Of a DNA stretch of 64,000 bases, positions 51,417-64,000 are shown piece after piece. Both the position numbers and the translations under genes were made by a program. The stretch covers positions 69,812,001 to 69,876,000 of the forward strand of contig NC_042997.1 of the NCBI RefSeq assembly GCF_006345805.1, in the 5' to 3' direction. Origin of the DNA: Octopus sinensis (taxonomy: Eukaryota). Numbering within the stretch: position 1 is the first letter of the stretch; every line of letters starts with the position of its first letter. Below the pieces are notes generated by a model. It saw nothing but the letters and a program-made list of their open reading frames with translations, had not been told where the DNA came from and ran no database searches.

Positions 51417-52522
51417 TTGTTTGTGTGTGTGTGTGTGTGTTTTTATGTGTTTGTATGTGTGATGTATATAGTTTAACACTATTTCACCTTGGAAACAAAT
51501 CGACCGCCTCCTTTCATGCTTATCAACTTTTATTTTGGCTTTTAATACTCTGATCCGCAACTTGTAGGAGGGTGCGGGGTAACTTCTCCACCTATTTACT
51601 TCGGCTTGGTTTGATGATGATGATGATGATGATGACGGTTGTGTTGCTGTATTGTTGTTGTTGTTTGTGGTGGTGGTTGTCAAACGTACTAATGATAAAG
51701 ATGAAGTTGTTTGTGATTATGATGATGATGAGATGTAGCTATTATCACCTTGTTTGTAGTTGTTATTATTCTTATTCTGTGTTATATGTTGTTCCTCTCC
51801 GCGTCGTCCTCTTCCTCCCCCTCACTCTATTCTCTCACCCTTCCTCTGTCTCCTTCGTTCTATCTTCATCTTGTGTATGACATCAAGGAAAATGTCTTGT
51901 TTCTAGTAAAAAGCAAAAGAAAAAGAAGCACTCGCACACACAAAGCCTCCACCGACAGCAACAACAACAACCACAAAGACAAACAAGATTACACAAAGCA
52001 ACCATAACTACAACAACAACAACACAGCGAGACTAGTTTGTTGAAACATGCCTTTGATGCTCTACGTTATCATTTCGTGAAACATATGTAGTATTTCTGA
52101 ATTTAGGTGGAATCATGGAAGGTATGTGTGTGTGTATGTGTGTGTGTATGTGTGTGCATGTGTGTGTGCGTGTGTGTGAATGTGTCTATATATGTGTATA
52201 TCTCCAGTTATATGCCTTTGTGTGTGTATATATATGTATATGCATGTGTTTTCATGTGTGTGCTTGTGTGTGTGTGTGTTTGTGTGTATGTATGTGTGTG
52301 TGTGTTTGTGTGTGTGTGTGTTTGTGTGAGTGTTTGTGGATGTGTGTGTTTGTGTGTGTGTGTGTGTTCATTTAAGGATGTGTTTATATTTGTCTATGTA
52401 ACTATGTGCGTATTTGTCTATGTGTGTTCGTGTATGCATTTATGTTGTGTGTGATATGAAAAGGGGAGTCAGTGTTAGAAGGAGGTTGGACAAGTTTAAC
52501 TTATACACACACACATACACAC

Positions 52523-52587
<65 letters not shown>

Positions 52588-53001
52588 CAGACAGAGACTG
52601 ACAGAGACTGAGACAGAGAGAAAGACAGAGATAGAGAGAACAAAAATGAGGTAAGAGAAATATCTCAGTGGCCAGTGGCATGCATTTGAGCCAAATAGTC
52701 AACTACATGTATATCAAATACTATATAATATACATTCTAGATTTATCAGAATTAACTCCGCTTCTTGAGGATGTGTATCAGTTACCAAGTGGCAATTGGT
52801 ATGAGATGGAGAAATGATTTCAACAACCAGGAATTGTTCGAAGCTGACATGCCTTTAATAATGGAAAGGTTTATAGTCTGCAACAAAATTGTCGTTCCCT
52901 ATCTCAGGTAGTCAAGGGACAAAGGTAGAACACATTTAGAGCCAGGTTAATAAGCCAATTTGTATAATTTAAACAAAAGTGAGTTTAGGAACATTTTTAT
53001 A

Positions 53002-53129
<128 letters not shown>

Positions 53130-53959
53130 ATTATATATATATATATATAATATATACATGTATACATACACACACACATACACAACAGAGACGCGTGCGC
53201 TTGCACACACACACACACGTACACACATAATAAAAGTCATTGGCATGAAACAATGTGAGTTGAATATATATAAAACAGGATTTCTTTTTTCTTTTGATTA
53301 AGCTTATAGTGACTTTTATAAGGATAGGACGGAATGGAGTCGATTAACTCTGTCCCCTGTATCTTACTAGGCTCTTTTTTCTTTTTTACTGATTCTTCGA
53401 CACCACCCACTGAAGAGATGAAAGTAATAGTCAAGCCCATGAATCGAAACAGATATCTCAACATACTCACCCTCTTCACCACTCTGTTGATAATAATAAA
53501 TTCTAATAAAGTCACAAAGCGAGAAGGGCGTGTTCTGGAAGATAACTCTCGATTATAATAACTCAACTAGTAACTAACTTGGCCGGTATTTATTTAATCC
53601 ACTACAAGAAGATGAAATTCAATATTGAACTGGAGGAAGTTGTACTCAAGACATGATGGGCTGGGCCGCAACTAACTATCACAATATATTTCTTCCGCCA
53701 GTCAATCCTATGCCTTAACCATGAGAAATATTATTCGAGTTTCTCTTGCCGAGATAAGATCAGAAATCTTGTGGTAGAAGAATAGCCGATTATATTAACT
53801 CCAATATATGACTGGTACTGTATGTTATCAACCTCGAAAGTATGACAGGCAAATTCTCCTTCGAGAGGATTTGAACTCTTGACACAATATGCCACAGAGC
53901 TGTTTTTCATTTCTCCTAATCTAATACTCTCATTAATAATGATTCCCTTATTTTTAACT

Positions 53960-55209
53960 AGCTTCAACGCCATACTCTGTGCGGACTTTTAAGCTAGTAT
54001 GAAGAGATCGTTGCCATTTCCAACTTTGGAACAACCATGGAAAAAGCACTGGTGCATGAGGTGATGTCCAACAATTTTCAGTGATTGTCCTTGACTCTTG
54101 TTAATTGACATTGCAAAACTAACTCTTACTGGAAATTGAAGTCTCTTGAATTTAAAGGGCGTACATTCTGGAATCAGTAGAATTCTTGGAATAACTACAT
54201 TTTATCCCTTTCCATGTCCAATGAAGATTGTTGCTTCCAAAAGATGTGCATGCATTTGCCTGACAATCAATATTGTTCCGTTGCCCAGGTTTGGCGGATC
54301 CAGATTTCTCAAGAGCATGATTGGAACTCCTTTATTCAATGTCAGTTTGTGCGAAGGCATTCCAGGATGACCCAAAGAGTTAAGAAACTAAGTAGGATAA
54401 TTCACAGCCTTATTGATTTCCACAACAGTATCAATTGAGAAATAAAATTTTTCCTCGGTATTGATTGATTACATAAGTTTCCAATTAACAACCTGGACAG
54501 CTTCATTCATTGATACAATTTCCAGTAAGAGCCAATCATGATCTTGAAAATTATATTCAATGTTTGGGTAAATCTTGGTAGTCAACTCGTCTACAATTTA
54601 CATCAAAATGCTACAGCCGTTTGGAAAAGTGATGTCCCGTTTTGTTTTGCTGAATGATTCCATTTCCCAGATCCAGTAGCTGAGCTGCAAATCTTCAGTA
54701 TGAAAATTTCTAAATGAACTGACTCCACCGAAAATCCGATCTTACCAAAAGTTCGATTTGGGCCGAAAGTCCGATTTGAGCCGAAAGTTAGAGTTCTTCA
54801 GTATCTCCTTCCGAGCATTTCAGTTCACAAACTCCGTGGTACTTAGAAACCTCACAAACATGAAACCTCTCACTGTAACTTGGATCTACTGTTAAATGAG
54901 CTAAATTCGAAATATTTTTGAAATTCACAAAGTTTTGGTATTACTTTAAATTTAGTTTAAATGAAAAATTTGTGAGTTTGCAAATTTTTGGAGTTGTTTT
55001 AAAATTTGAATTTTCAACTGTTACCATATAACAAATTCTCATCCAGACCTGATCCCAATGCTGGATGTTCAAGAAACAAATAAAGGGCAAATTTTCAATC
55101 CCGGGGGTCATCCTAATTCTTAAAAGATATATGTCTATGTAGAACAAATGTAGACTGAAATACAGGGGTTCCTAGCGGACAGACAGAATTTCTCGTTTAT
55201 TATAATAGA
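53960..55209 (-). mobile_element. Internally deleted Helitron with a PIF1-like helicase C-terminal remnant
   Basis: FLNSLGHPGMPSHKLTLNKGVPIMLLRNLDPPNLGNGT...KRLQFPVRVSFAMSINKSQGQSL at ~54050-54420. 5' terminus A|TCTATTATAATAAACGAG at 55209. Confidence 0.85.
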
Positions 55210-55989
55210 TTTACTCAATTAAAACTGTACGCAATTAGTTCCTCATTCTATCGATATTGACAATCGACAATCTTCTAATGATATCAAACAATGACAGAGG
55301 GGAACTATAATTTGGAAGGTGATAACATCGATAATATCGGCATTAATATTTGTATTTTATCGATTACCAAAGATTAAAAGGCAAACTTGATCGCAAGGCG
55401 ATAAAACTGAAAAACTTCAAGTGTTTTGACCAATCTTATAACGAATCGTCCAGTTCATCACCCTCACCATTGTAAATAATAGTAGTTATTGTTTTGTTTT
55501 TGAGTGGAAAGGAACGATCGCAGAATTGTTTATTATGAGACTTAGGAGATATAATACAGCAAGGGGGATGATAAAAAGAGGAACTTGTGTATTAAGTGGG
55601 TTTATGAAGAAGTGTTACACAACATGCTATTCCTGAGCAGCTGAAGTTATGTCGTTCGTTATACAACGAAAAATCCAAGGAGGACCAGTTTAAGGTGACC
55701 CAGTTGTTGTAATGTATTGGTGAACGGACATTAGATGATTATTTGCATGACTACATCGAACCGAATCGGGAACATTATTAGAGCGCGAGGTAAAGAATGC
55801 TATGTCATTGATTCACTTTTCGTTCTTGGTTCGAGTACCAGCAAGTTAAACCAACACTCGGTTATTTTCTCTCAGAGACTATAAACTAGCAGTACAATAA
55901 TGATTTCCATTTTTGTCTCTCAGTCCGCTCTCTCACTCTTTCTCATGAAGGCCATCGGCTGTAATGAAGCCTAGAGAGCCAGGTTTTAA

Positions 55990-56400
55990 AATAATCTGCA
56001 TATTACAAAATATTCTGAATATTACAGCGGTGGCCATATGGTTCCATCAAGAATAGAGACAGGCACCGTAATGTAGGTTTCACCCGAATGTTAGTAAGGA
56101 TTACTGTGCACATCAACAACAGTATTCTAGATATATGAGCAATAAACCAATTTTGGTTTCGCTTGGGACATATAATAATTTAGCCACTAATCTGACTAAA
56201 GTAGTATCTGTCCATGGCGATGACAAAACCTATTCCTTAGAATGGAGTTTTGATACTATTATATATGTAATGCTAATGATATATAAGACGAAAATTGTGA
56301 AGATTAACGTTTATAGTAACCGAGAGAAGTTTATTATTGTTTTGTTCCTGAACAGCGAGATTGTGATGAATGTAACAGCTTTACTACTGCGAAGTAGTGT
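55990..56400 (-). mobile_element. Old L2/CR1-group RT C-terminal relic
   Basis: KLLSVTINVNL and AKPKLVYCSYI resemble the LLG.TI..NL and RP.LEYCS.IW motifs. Confidence 0.4.
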
Positions 56401-58849
56401 GTTTCGATTGAAGGATCTTTCAGACATTTCTGTTAACAGAGGGAATATGTGACATGAGGATTTCTGTGGAATGTGTAATATATTCAGAACGTAAATACGT
56501 ATACGCTACATAAGAGTGGATATTGTTAGAAGAAACTGCAATTAGGCATTTGATGTACGGAAGAAAAGCGTGGAAAAATTTTGCGGGTGGTGGGAAGGGC
56601 ATAAGTATTGTTAGAATGATGTCAGAATTTTCTGAAACGTAACAAGGGTTAGAGGTGGGGAGGTAGAGATTTGGGATGCTTATACATTAGTAACAGGTGG
56701 TATGGAGGCTCAAGCTTGAACATATGTCCATAGATATATATGCAACAAGAGAAGAAATTTCTAGCAGATAACGTCTGTGTTCTCTTTAGGACATTTTAGT
56801 AACTTAGCTCAGTAGATCTCTTAGAGAAGCTCAGCTGAAAATTAGTAGCCTTCTCTAAGAACTGTACTCGTAACAGCATTAGTGCCGGACCAGGAAATAT
56901 TAGGACATGAGATAATGCGCAATTGATAAAGAATAATTTCTGTCAATGGGATTGTAGAGGCAACGCCGTTACTGGATGCTGACTAGTTGATATTACCGAC
57001 CAGTGACGGCGTTTTGGAAGGATAAATTCTGTCAAGCGCAAAATTGTCAAACTCGCCGAACTATTGGATATCGAACAAATGGAACTTCACTGTATAACAG
57101 AGAGAGCGAGAGAGAGGGAGAAAGTGAGAGAGAAAGAGAGAGAGGGAAGGAAGGAGAAAAAGAGAGAGAGGGAGAGAGAGACGGGTGAACCGGATTATTG
57201 CTACCAGATTGATTTCACATGACATGAATGTCCTCCCCTATCATCTGTTATGCTGACATTGAGAGTAATCAGCTGAAATAGTTTTACACTGCCAAGCCTC
57301 TCCATTGTCCTTCCCCGGTGAGAAGCGGCGGATGTGAACTCAGAGCTGCCACTAAAAAGCTACTCAAATAACTTTTTAGATTTTACTTGTCTTAGTCATT
57401 TGGCTGCAACCATGCTGGGGCAAGGCCTCGAAGGGTTTTTGTCATACAAATTGAACCCAGGACTTATTTATTTAAGCCAAGTACCAATTTTATCGTTTTT
57501 TTGTCGAACCGCTCATTTACAGGGACGTAAACACACCAACACCAGTGTCAAGTGTGTGTGTGTCTATGTGTCTGTGTGGGACAAACACAAACACAAAGAT
57601 ACACACACGCGCATACACACACACACATGTACATATACGACGTGCTTCTTTTAGTTTCCGTCTACCAAATCCACTCACAAGGTTTGGTCGGCCCGAAGAT
57701 AGAGTAGAGGACACTTGCCCAAAATGCCACGCAGTGGGGCTGAACCGAGAAACATGTTGTTGAGGAGCAAGCTTCTTATTACGCAGCCGCGTCTGTGCCT
57801 ATTAAAGTGGCCAGTAAGCTACTATATAGGATCAAGCTTCACACCTCTCAAACTCCGGTTAAGTGTGCTGTGCCATTAAGCTAAGCAACCTATCTACGAA
57901 TCATAAGTGTAATTCTGCATAATTAATACGCGTTATTTTTTCCTGGCACAGATTAAAATCAGTAGGTTCTTAGGCACTTCGAATATATAAAGATTTTCCC
58001 AGCTCCGTTCTACATAGTCGCTCAGTTTGATAGAAATATCAGAGAAGTTCCTTTCAAACCACATCTTACTATTTTGAGAAAGGAAGAACTGCTGACCAGA
58101 TTATTTGAAAATAAGATGAAAGGTTTATGGTTCGAATATTTTGATCGTATGTGTGTGCTTCAGCAGAGGTACATCAACCATAACTACAATAAAAACAATA
58201 CCCTCACCACCAACAATCTTTCAGCACAAAAATATAAAACAGAAGACACATCACTTCTACCATATCACACTTATTCTTATCAAGCCTTAGATTATTGACA
58301 CCGGAAGGATGAGAGATAAAATCAACCTCGGCGGCAATTCAGCTCTGAACTCAAAGCAATGTAACTGAACACCGCGAATTATTTTGTCCAGGGTCCTGCT
58401 GATTCTGTCATCCAGCCACATTATTAAAATCAGTTCTATCTTGTGGCAGAACATGACTGCCCATTTTATTAGTGGTGATGGTGGAGAGCTACTGTCGAGT
58501 CTATTTTATTTTATTTCATCGACTCCGGAAGGATGGAACACAAAGCCATTTCGGATCTATTTGAAATTAGAACACAAAATGGTTAACTCAATGCATTTTG
58601 TATTCCGTTCTATGCATTATATTATAACATTTTTAGTCAGAGCAACAACAAAAACAACGATAATAATAATAAGAACATCAACAGCAACGACGACAACTAT
58701 AGCAGCGTTAGTCTATTTCACCGACCACAGTACACAACTGGCACTTATTTGATCGACTCCGAAAGGAGGAAAGACAAAGTCAACCTCGGTGGAGTTTCAA
58801 CTCAGAATGTTGTCCGGTATGCTAACGATTCTGCTAGCTTGCCTCCCAA

Positions 58850-59853
<1,004 letters not shown>

Positions 59854-59854
<1 letters not shown>

Positions 59855-60292
59855 TTCCCAATTCAAACAGATCAGGTGCTAGAGCACAACAAATCGGACC
59901 CAGTTGATGTGGCTTACCTCTTTCACTCACGAATTATCAAGAAGGAAGGCGAACGAAATAGAACGTCTTAAGAACGAAATAGCCCGGCTATGGAAAATGA
60001 AGAAGGTGAAGATAGTGTCAAGTATTGTTGGATATTTGGGGACAGTATCAGAAAGCATCAAAAGAAATATAAAAGAAATCTGAATAGAGTGCCTAGTAGT
60101 AGATCTGTTACAAAAGTTTTGCCCCCCCCCCCCTGACACGGCAAGAATAACCAGGAAAGTATTAGATAGTTGAAAAGAACAGATAGCATGGTACCATTGG
60201 CTGCAGGCAGCAAGCCCGTTATGCATACAAGATTCCAGGAGTTTCAACAAAACCTGAGATAAAAAGAAAGATAATAGTAATAATTTTGGCGC
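59854..60292 (+). mobile_element. Second, older R4/Dong-like RLE fragment
   Basis: FPIQTDQVLEHNK..VDVAY..LKNEIARLWKMKKVKIV.IVGYLGTV..TARITRKVLDS*; ends in a short TAA-like tail. Confidence 0.75.
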
Positions 60293-61354
60293 AATGTCAG
60301 CAATTTTAGGAGAAAAATTTGTTGCAACAATTTGCCTAAGCTCATCAGTTGCAGTAAAAGTTGTACCAGTTATAATCTAGGCATTATATTTAATCCCCGC
60401 CAAATATCGTATCACCTGGAACGGCTGTACATCAAGACAAACATTCGAGTGCGCCAACTATCTGACCTCTTTGGAGGAGTTCATGTTATTAGAAAACTAC
60501 TTTGTCTAAATTCTCTTGTTAAGGCTTGACTTTTTTGTCTGAGAAAAATATCCAGCATTTTCTTCTCTTACTTTGCAATGATGTAATAATAATAATAGTC
60601 TGTTGTTTATTGGTTCCAAGGACCGTAAATACAATAGAAAGCCTGTCAAGCAAAAAGAGGTTGCAAAACAAGTATGGATGTACATACATACAAACACATA
60701 CAAAAACGAGTGTGCGTGTGCATGTGTGTCCATTATCTCTTCACCTATTTTTTTTTTGTTTAAAGCTATTGTTTGTATGTTGTCTGTTGTCATATTTTAC
60801 TGTTTTCTCTTCCAACTTTTAAGCTTTATTGTTTCCAATGTTCACCCCACTCTTTCTCTCTCTCTCTCTCTTTCTCTCTATCTCTCACTCACTCACTCAC
60901 TCACTCACTCACTCACTCACTCACTCACTCACTCAGTCGCTCACTCTTTCCCTTTCTTAAGTCTCTCATTGTCTTCTTGTTCTATATTCACTTATATCAT
61001 ATTATTAACAATTCTTTTAACATTGCATCCTTTCTTTCCTGGGTGCTTTACATTTCTCTTCTTACCACTCGTATTCTACGTTATTCTAATCTTTTAAACT
61101 TATACTTCTGCACTCTCATACTATTATATAATATGTAGTTTTCCCTTCTATTCTCAATTCGCTACTTATAAACATAAGCGCAAGTGAGAGCAAAATTATT
61201 TGTAAAATCATTGAAGAAACGTTATTTTAAAAATGAAGAAATGAAATTGAAGAAAAGCTATTTTTTAAAAATACTATGGTATTGAAGTAGTTTTAATGAA
61301 TGAGAAAAGCAAAATGCTCCAAAAGGCATGATTTTGCGAGGTATTTTCATTACT

Positions 61355-62215
61355 GGAATTGAATAACTTCAGTGCAGCTGTTTTGCTTCATTAGAGCAAT
61401 TGCTTTCGCGTCACATCTGTTAACAGATGTTCAGAATCATGCGACAAACCTCCTTATATTGCAAAATTAATGTGTCTATGAAATATAATGAAGAGAAGCA
61501 TTAGGGAACTATCTTTTTGTTGTCAATTTCATGCTGTGCAAGCAAATAAGGTCTGAATATTTCGGTTCTCTGCTGCATTTCTTGTGTAAAAGAGATAGCT
61601 ATCATTATCTGTCAGTATCTCCGCAACAAACTGACTTGGACATATTTTGATGCATTTGTTTTCTTCCATGAAAGATTCATTGCTTTTGCGACTATCACAG
61701 ACCAAAACCGATCTAAGTTTTAATAATGTCAATGAGCGATTTGTCCTCGTCAGTTTCTGAAAGCCCAGTTGATATTATCTGTTAGTAAATGATATATAAA
61801 AATTTAAGTTAAAGTGAAATTGAAATTCATGAAATATTTTTAAAATGAAGTGATTTGGGGCATCTTTCATGAATGAAGGAGTCGAAATGCACCAGAAAGA
61901 GTGAATGCTGGTAATCAACTGTTTCAAGTATTTATTGTTGCAGACAATTCTGGATATTAGCCATACGTACAATTCGATAGGGACTGTTAACAATCAGGTA
62001 GAATAAACCCCTATAATGCAAAATTTTAAAATCTTTGATGTCTTTAGCTAAACATTTGTCTCACTGGTTGCTGTGCAGAGGCACAGGATTAATAGTAAAA
62101 AGACCATGTCAGATCCAAATATTGATATACGACTCCTATAGAAGTTTGACAAATGATGTCAGAATATTAAGGACTTGTAGGGACGCTGTATTTCATTATA
62201 CAACGGTAATATATC
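61355..62215 (+). pseudogene. Possible decayed TPR-repeat sequence
   Basis: Out-of-frame snippets LNNFSAAVLLH, LDISHTYNSIGTVNNQ and DSYRSLTNDVRILRTCRDAVFHY resemble the TPR_12 pattern (SYNNIG.VY..QG.Y..AL..Y). Weak. Confidence 0.25.
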
Positions 62216-62356
62216 ATAAAGTATGTTAAATGTTTTTATAAGTGAATAACACATTCTAAGTTGATAGCGGTGCGCTTTATATCATTTGTTAAGTTTATCT
62301 CGACAGATATTCTATAGAAATTATAGCTAGAACTTATTTTTGTTATGGCGTTTACG

Positions 62357-62392
<36 letters not shown>

Positions 62393-63407
62393 CACAAACA
62401 CACACGGACAGCAACTGCTCTAGCATTAGATATCTTATCGAAAATTTCTTATCGACATGTGCGATGGGATTGCTTATATAGCAAACTATCATTATATATA
62501 TCTGTCTGTGTGTGTTTGTGTATGTGAGTGTGTGTGTCTGTGTGTATGTATGTATATGTACATGGATATATGCAAATCCATATGTGTATGTATATGTATA
62601 TATGTACATATGTATATATGTGAATGTTTATGCACACATACACACACTGACACAGACATGCATAATTATAGGTCAGACTTCTTTCACTTTCCGTTTATCA
62701 AATCTACAGAAAAAAATCTTGGTCGGCTGGAGGCTTCACCAAGGGGCCAAGCAGTGGAAATAAAACTGAAATCAAATTTCCCGCCACACCGCCACGCTTG
62801 CGCTTATAAACTGTGCTTTATATATATATATGTATGTATTTGTGTGTGTAATATATATAATACACACGCGCATGCGCACACACACACTCATTTGCCTTAC
62901 TCTACACTTGCCTGTCTGCTGGCCTATGGCTTTTTTGCTGTATTTGTATTATTATTTTTTGTTGTTGTCTTCACCTGGTCCTAAGGCCATATTCTGTTTA
63001 TTTATTTCGATTTTTTGTTTGTCCCTCGTCCGTCCACTAACAGTCTCGTATCCATTTTCTTATGTTCATCTTCGTATTTCTAGTTCATCCTTCTCTATCC
63101 ATCTCGTTTTGTTTTGTTATGTTTTGGTCGCATTCCCAGCAAGTTCTTTTGCTGGTTGCCTCCAGAGTGGAAGCAATATTATCGACAATGGCACGAAATT
63201 GCGCTCGGCACCTTGGCTGATAACTGATGAGCAGTTGGTGACTTCCTGTGTTTGTTCTCCACTCGTCTGTGCATTTAGTATATATTTTTCAACTTGACCT
63301 TTTGTGTCTTTTTTGCGTTCTTTTCTTTAATATTTTATGTGTTTGACTTTTGAAAATATTATTCACCTAACGCAACGCACTCGTTATTTTTTTACCTATA
63401 TATATAT

Positions 63408-63449
<42 letters not shown>

Positions 63450-63452
<3 letters not shown>

Positions 63453-63828
63453 ATATATAAACGGCAGTTTGCCTGTGCGTGTTTCTGTGTGTCTGTTTGC
63501 TTGTACCCTCACCCTGACCACGGCTTTCAACCGATTCTGATGAAACTTGACACACACATAACCCAATGTCATAATTCAAAACTAACGCAGCGAAAATTTT
63601 GAAAAGTTCCCCCAGTTCTGAAAAAAATCGATAAATTCGACATGGGGTCGAGAATCAGAAACACAAACCACAAACTGTCTAGGGGACGCAACTCCACCTT
63701 TTTTAAATCTCAAAAAAATTTACCATCATTTTTTTCCATTTTTTTGCTATTTTTTGGCTATAACTCTCTAAAAATGCTTTATAGTTATTTCCCTTACAAA
63801 CCTGAGCAACGCCGGGCGATACTGCTAG
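63450..63828 (+). mobile_element. Non-autonomous Helitron D
   Basis: A|TC start. The last ~110 bp are nearly identical to Helitron C (…GAGCAACGCCGGGCGATACTGCTAG|T), but the 5' part differs. Confidence 0.85.
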
Positions 63829-63843
63829 TATAAGATTTAGGTG

Positions 63844-63919
63844 AATCTAGCTGATGGAGAATAGTCAAATTTACGTTAACAAACGTATTTTGGAAAGTTC
63901 GAAACTCGCGTCCTAGGTT
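63844..63919 (+). ncRNA. Type I hammerhead-like motif with a one-base core insertion
   Basis: AATCTAG-CTGATGGA-GAA...TTC-GAAAC-TCGC-GTC^CTAGGTT. Stem I is 7 bp and the cleavage triplet is GUC. Confidence 0.6.
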
Positions 63920-64000
63920 ATCTATTCTAGGAAGTCCATTTTCCAATGTTCTTCCGAGAGGTAAGACGAATATTTTTAAGTTCGCTGCCCGCTTATTTCT

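Noticed and set aside
53410-53457. CTGAAGA-GAT...ATC-GAAAC-AGAT-ATC
   Set aside because: Stem III has a C.A mismatch and there is no stem I; relic at best.
58079-58146. Possible 68-nt exon (KEELLTRLFENKMKGLWFEYFD)
   Set aside because: Weak GAG acceptor, no recognisable homology and no partner exons.

Overview
AT-rich, microsatellite-saturated eukaryotic DNA. It is most likely an octopus or other coleoid cephalopod; this is inferred from recurring SINE families I recognise and was not checked by search. I found no confidently recognisable host protein-coding exon, tRNA, rRNA or CRISPR array, and most ORFs in the track are microsatellite artefacts. The window is intergenic or intronic and built from transposon remnants: Penelope-like elements (PLE; RT and GIY-YIG), RTE, CR1, L2-like, L1/Tx1-like, R4/Dong-like elements in (TAA)n, an intron-containing Tc1, mariners, a hAT MITE, Helitrons and many SINEs. 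There is a 100-N gap at 47349-47448. The main signal the ORF track misses is a set of about 15 minimal type-I hammerhead-ribozyme (HHR) motifs (CUGANGA-stem II-GAAAC-palindromic tetraloop-GUH), nine of them within 1.3-5.4 kb. They occur as (i) an identical 391-bp tandem repeat with one near-canonical HHR per unit, a retrozyme/circRNA-like arrangement, (ii) three independent palindromes with two outward-facing HHR arms and a recurring non-canonical A.A or C.A base of stem II, and (iii) solo copies with core variants. Other notable items are a twin-priming-type inverted PLE, a (TTAGGG)3 insertion inside a CR1 RT, stacked Dong-like insertions and chimeric or tandem Helitrons. All folds and alignments were done by eye, and ribozyme activity is untested.
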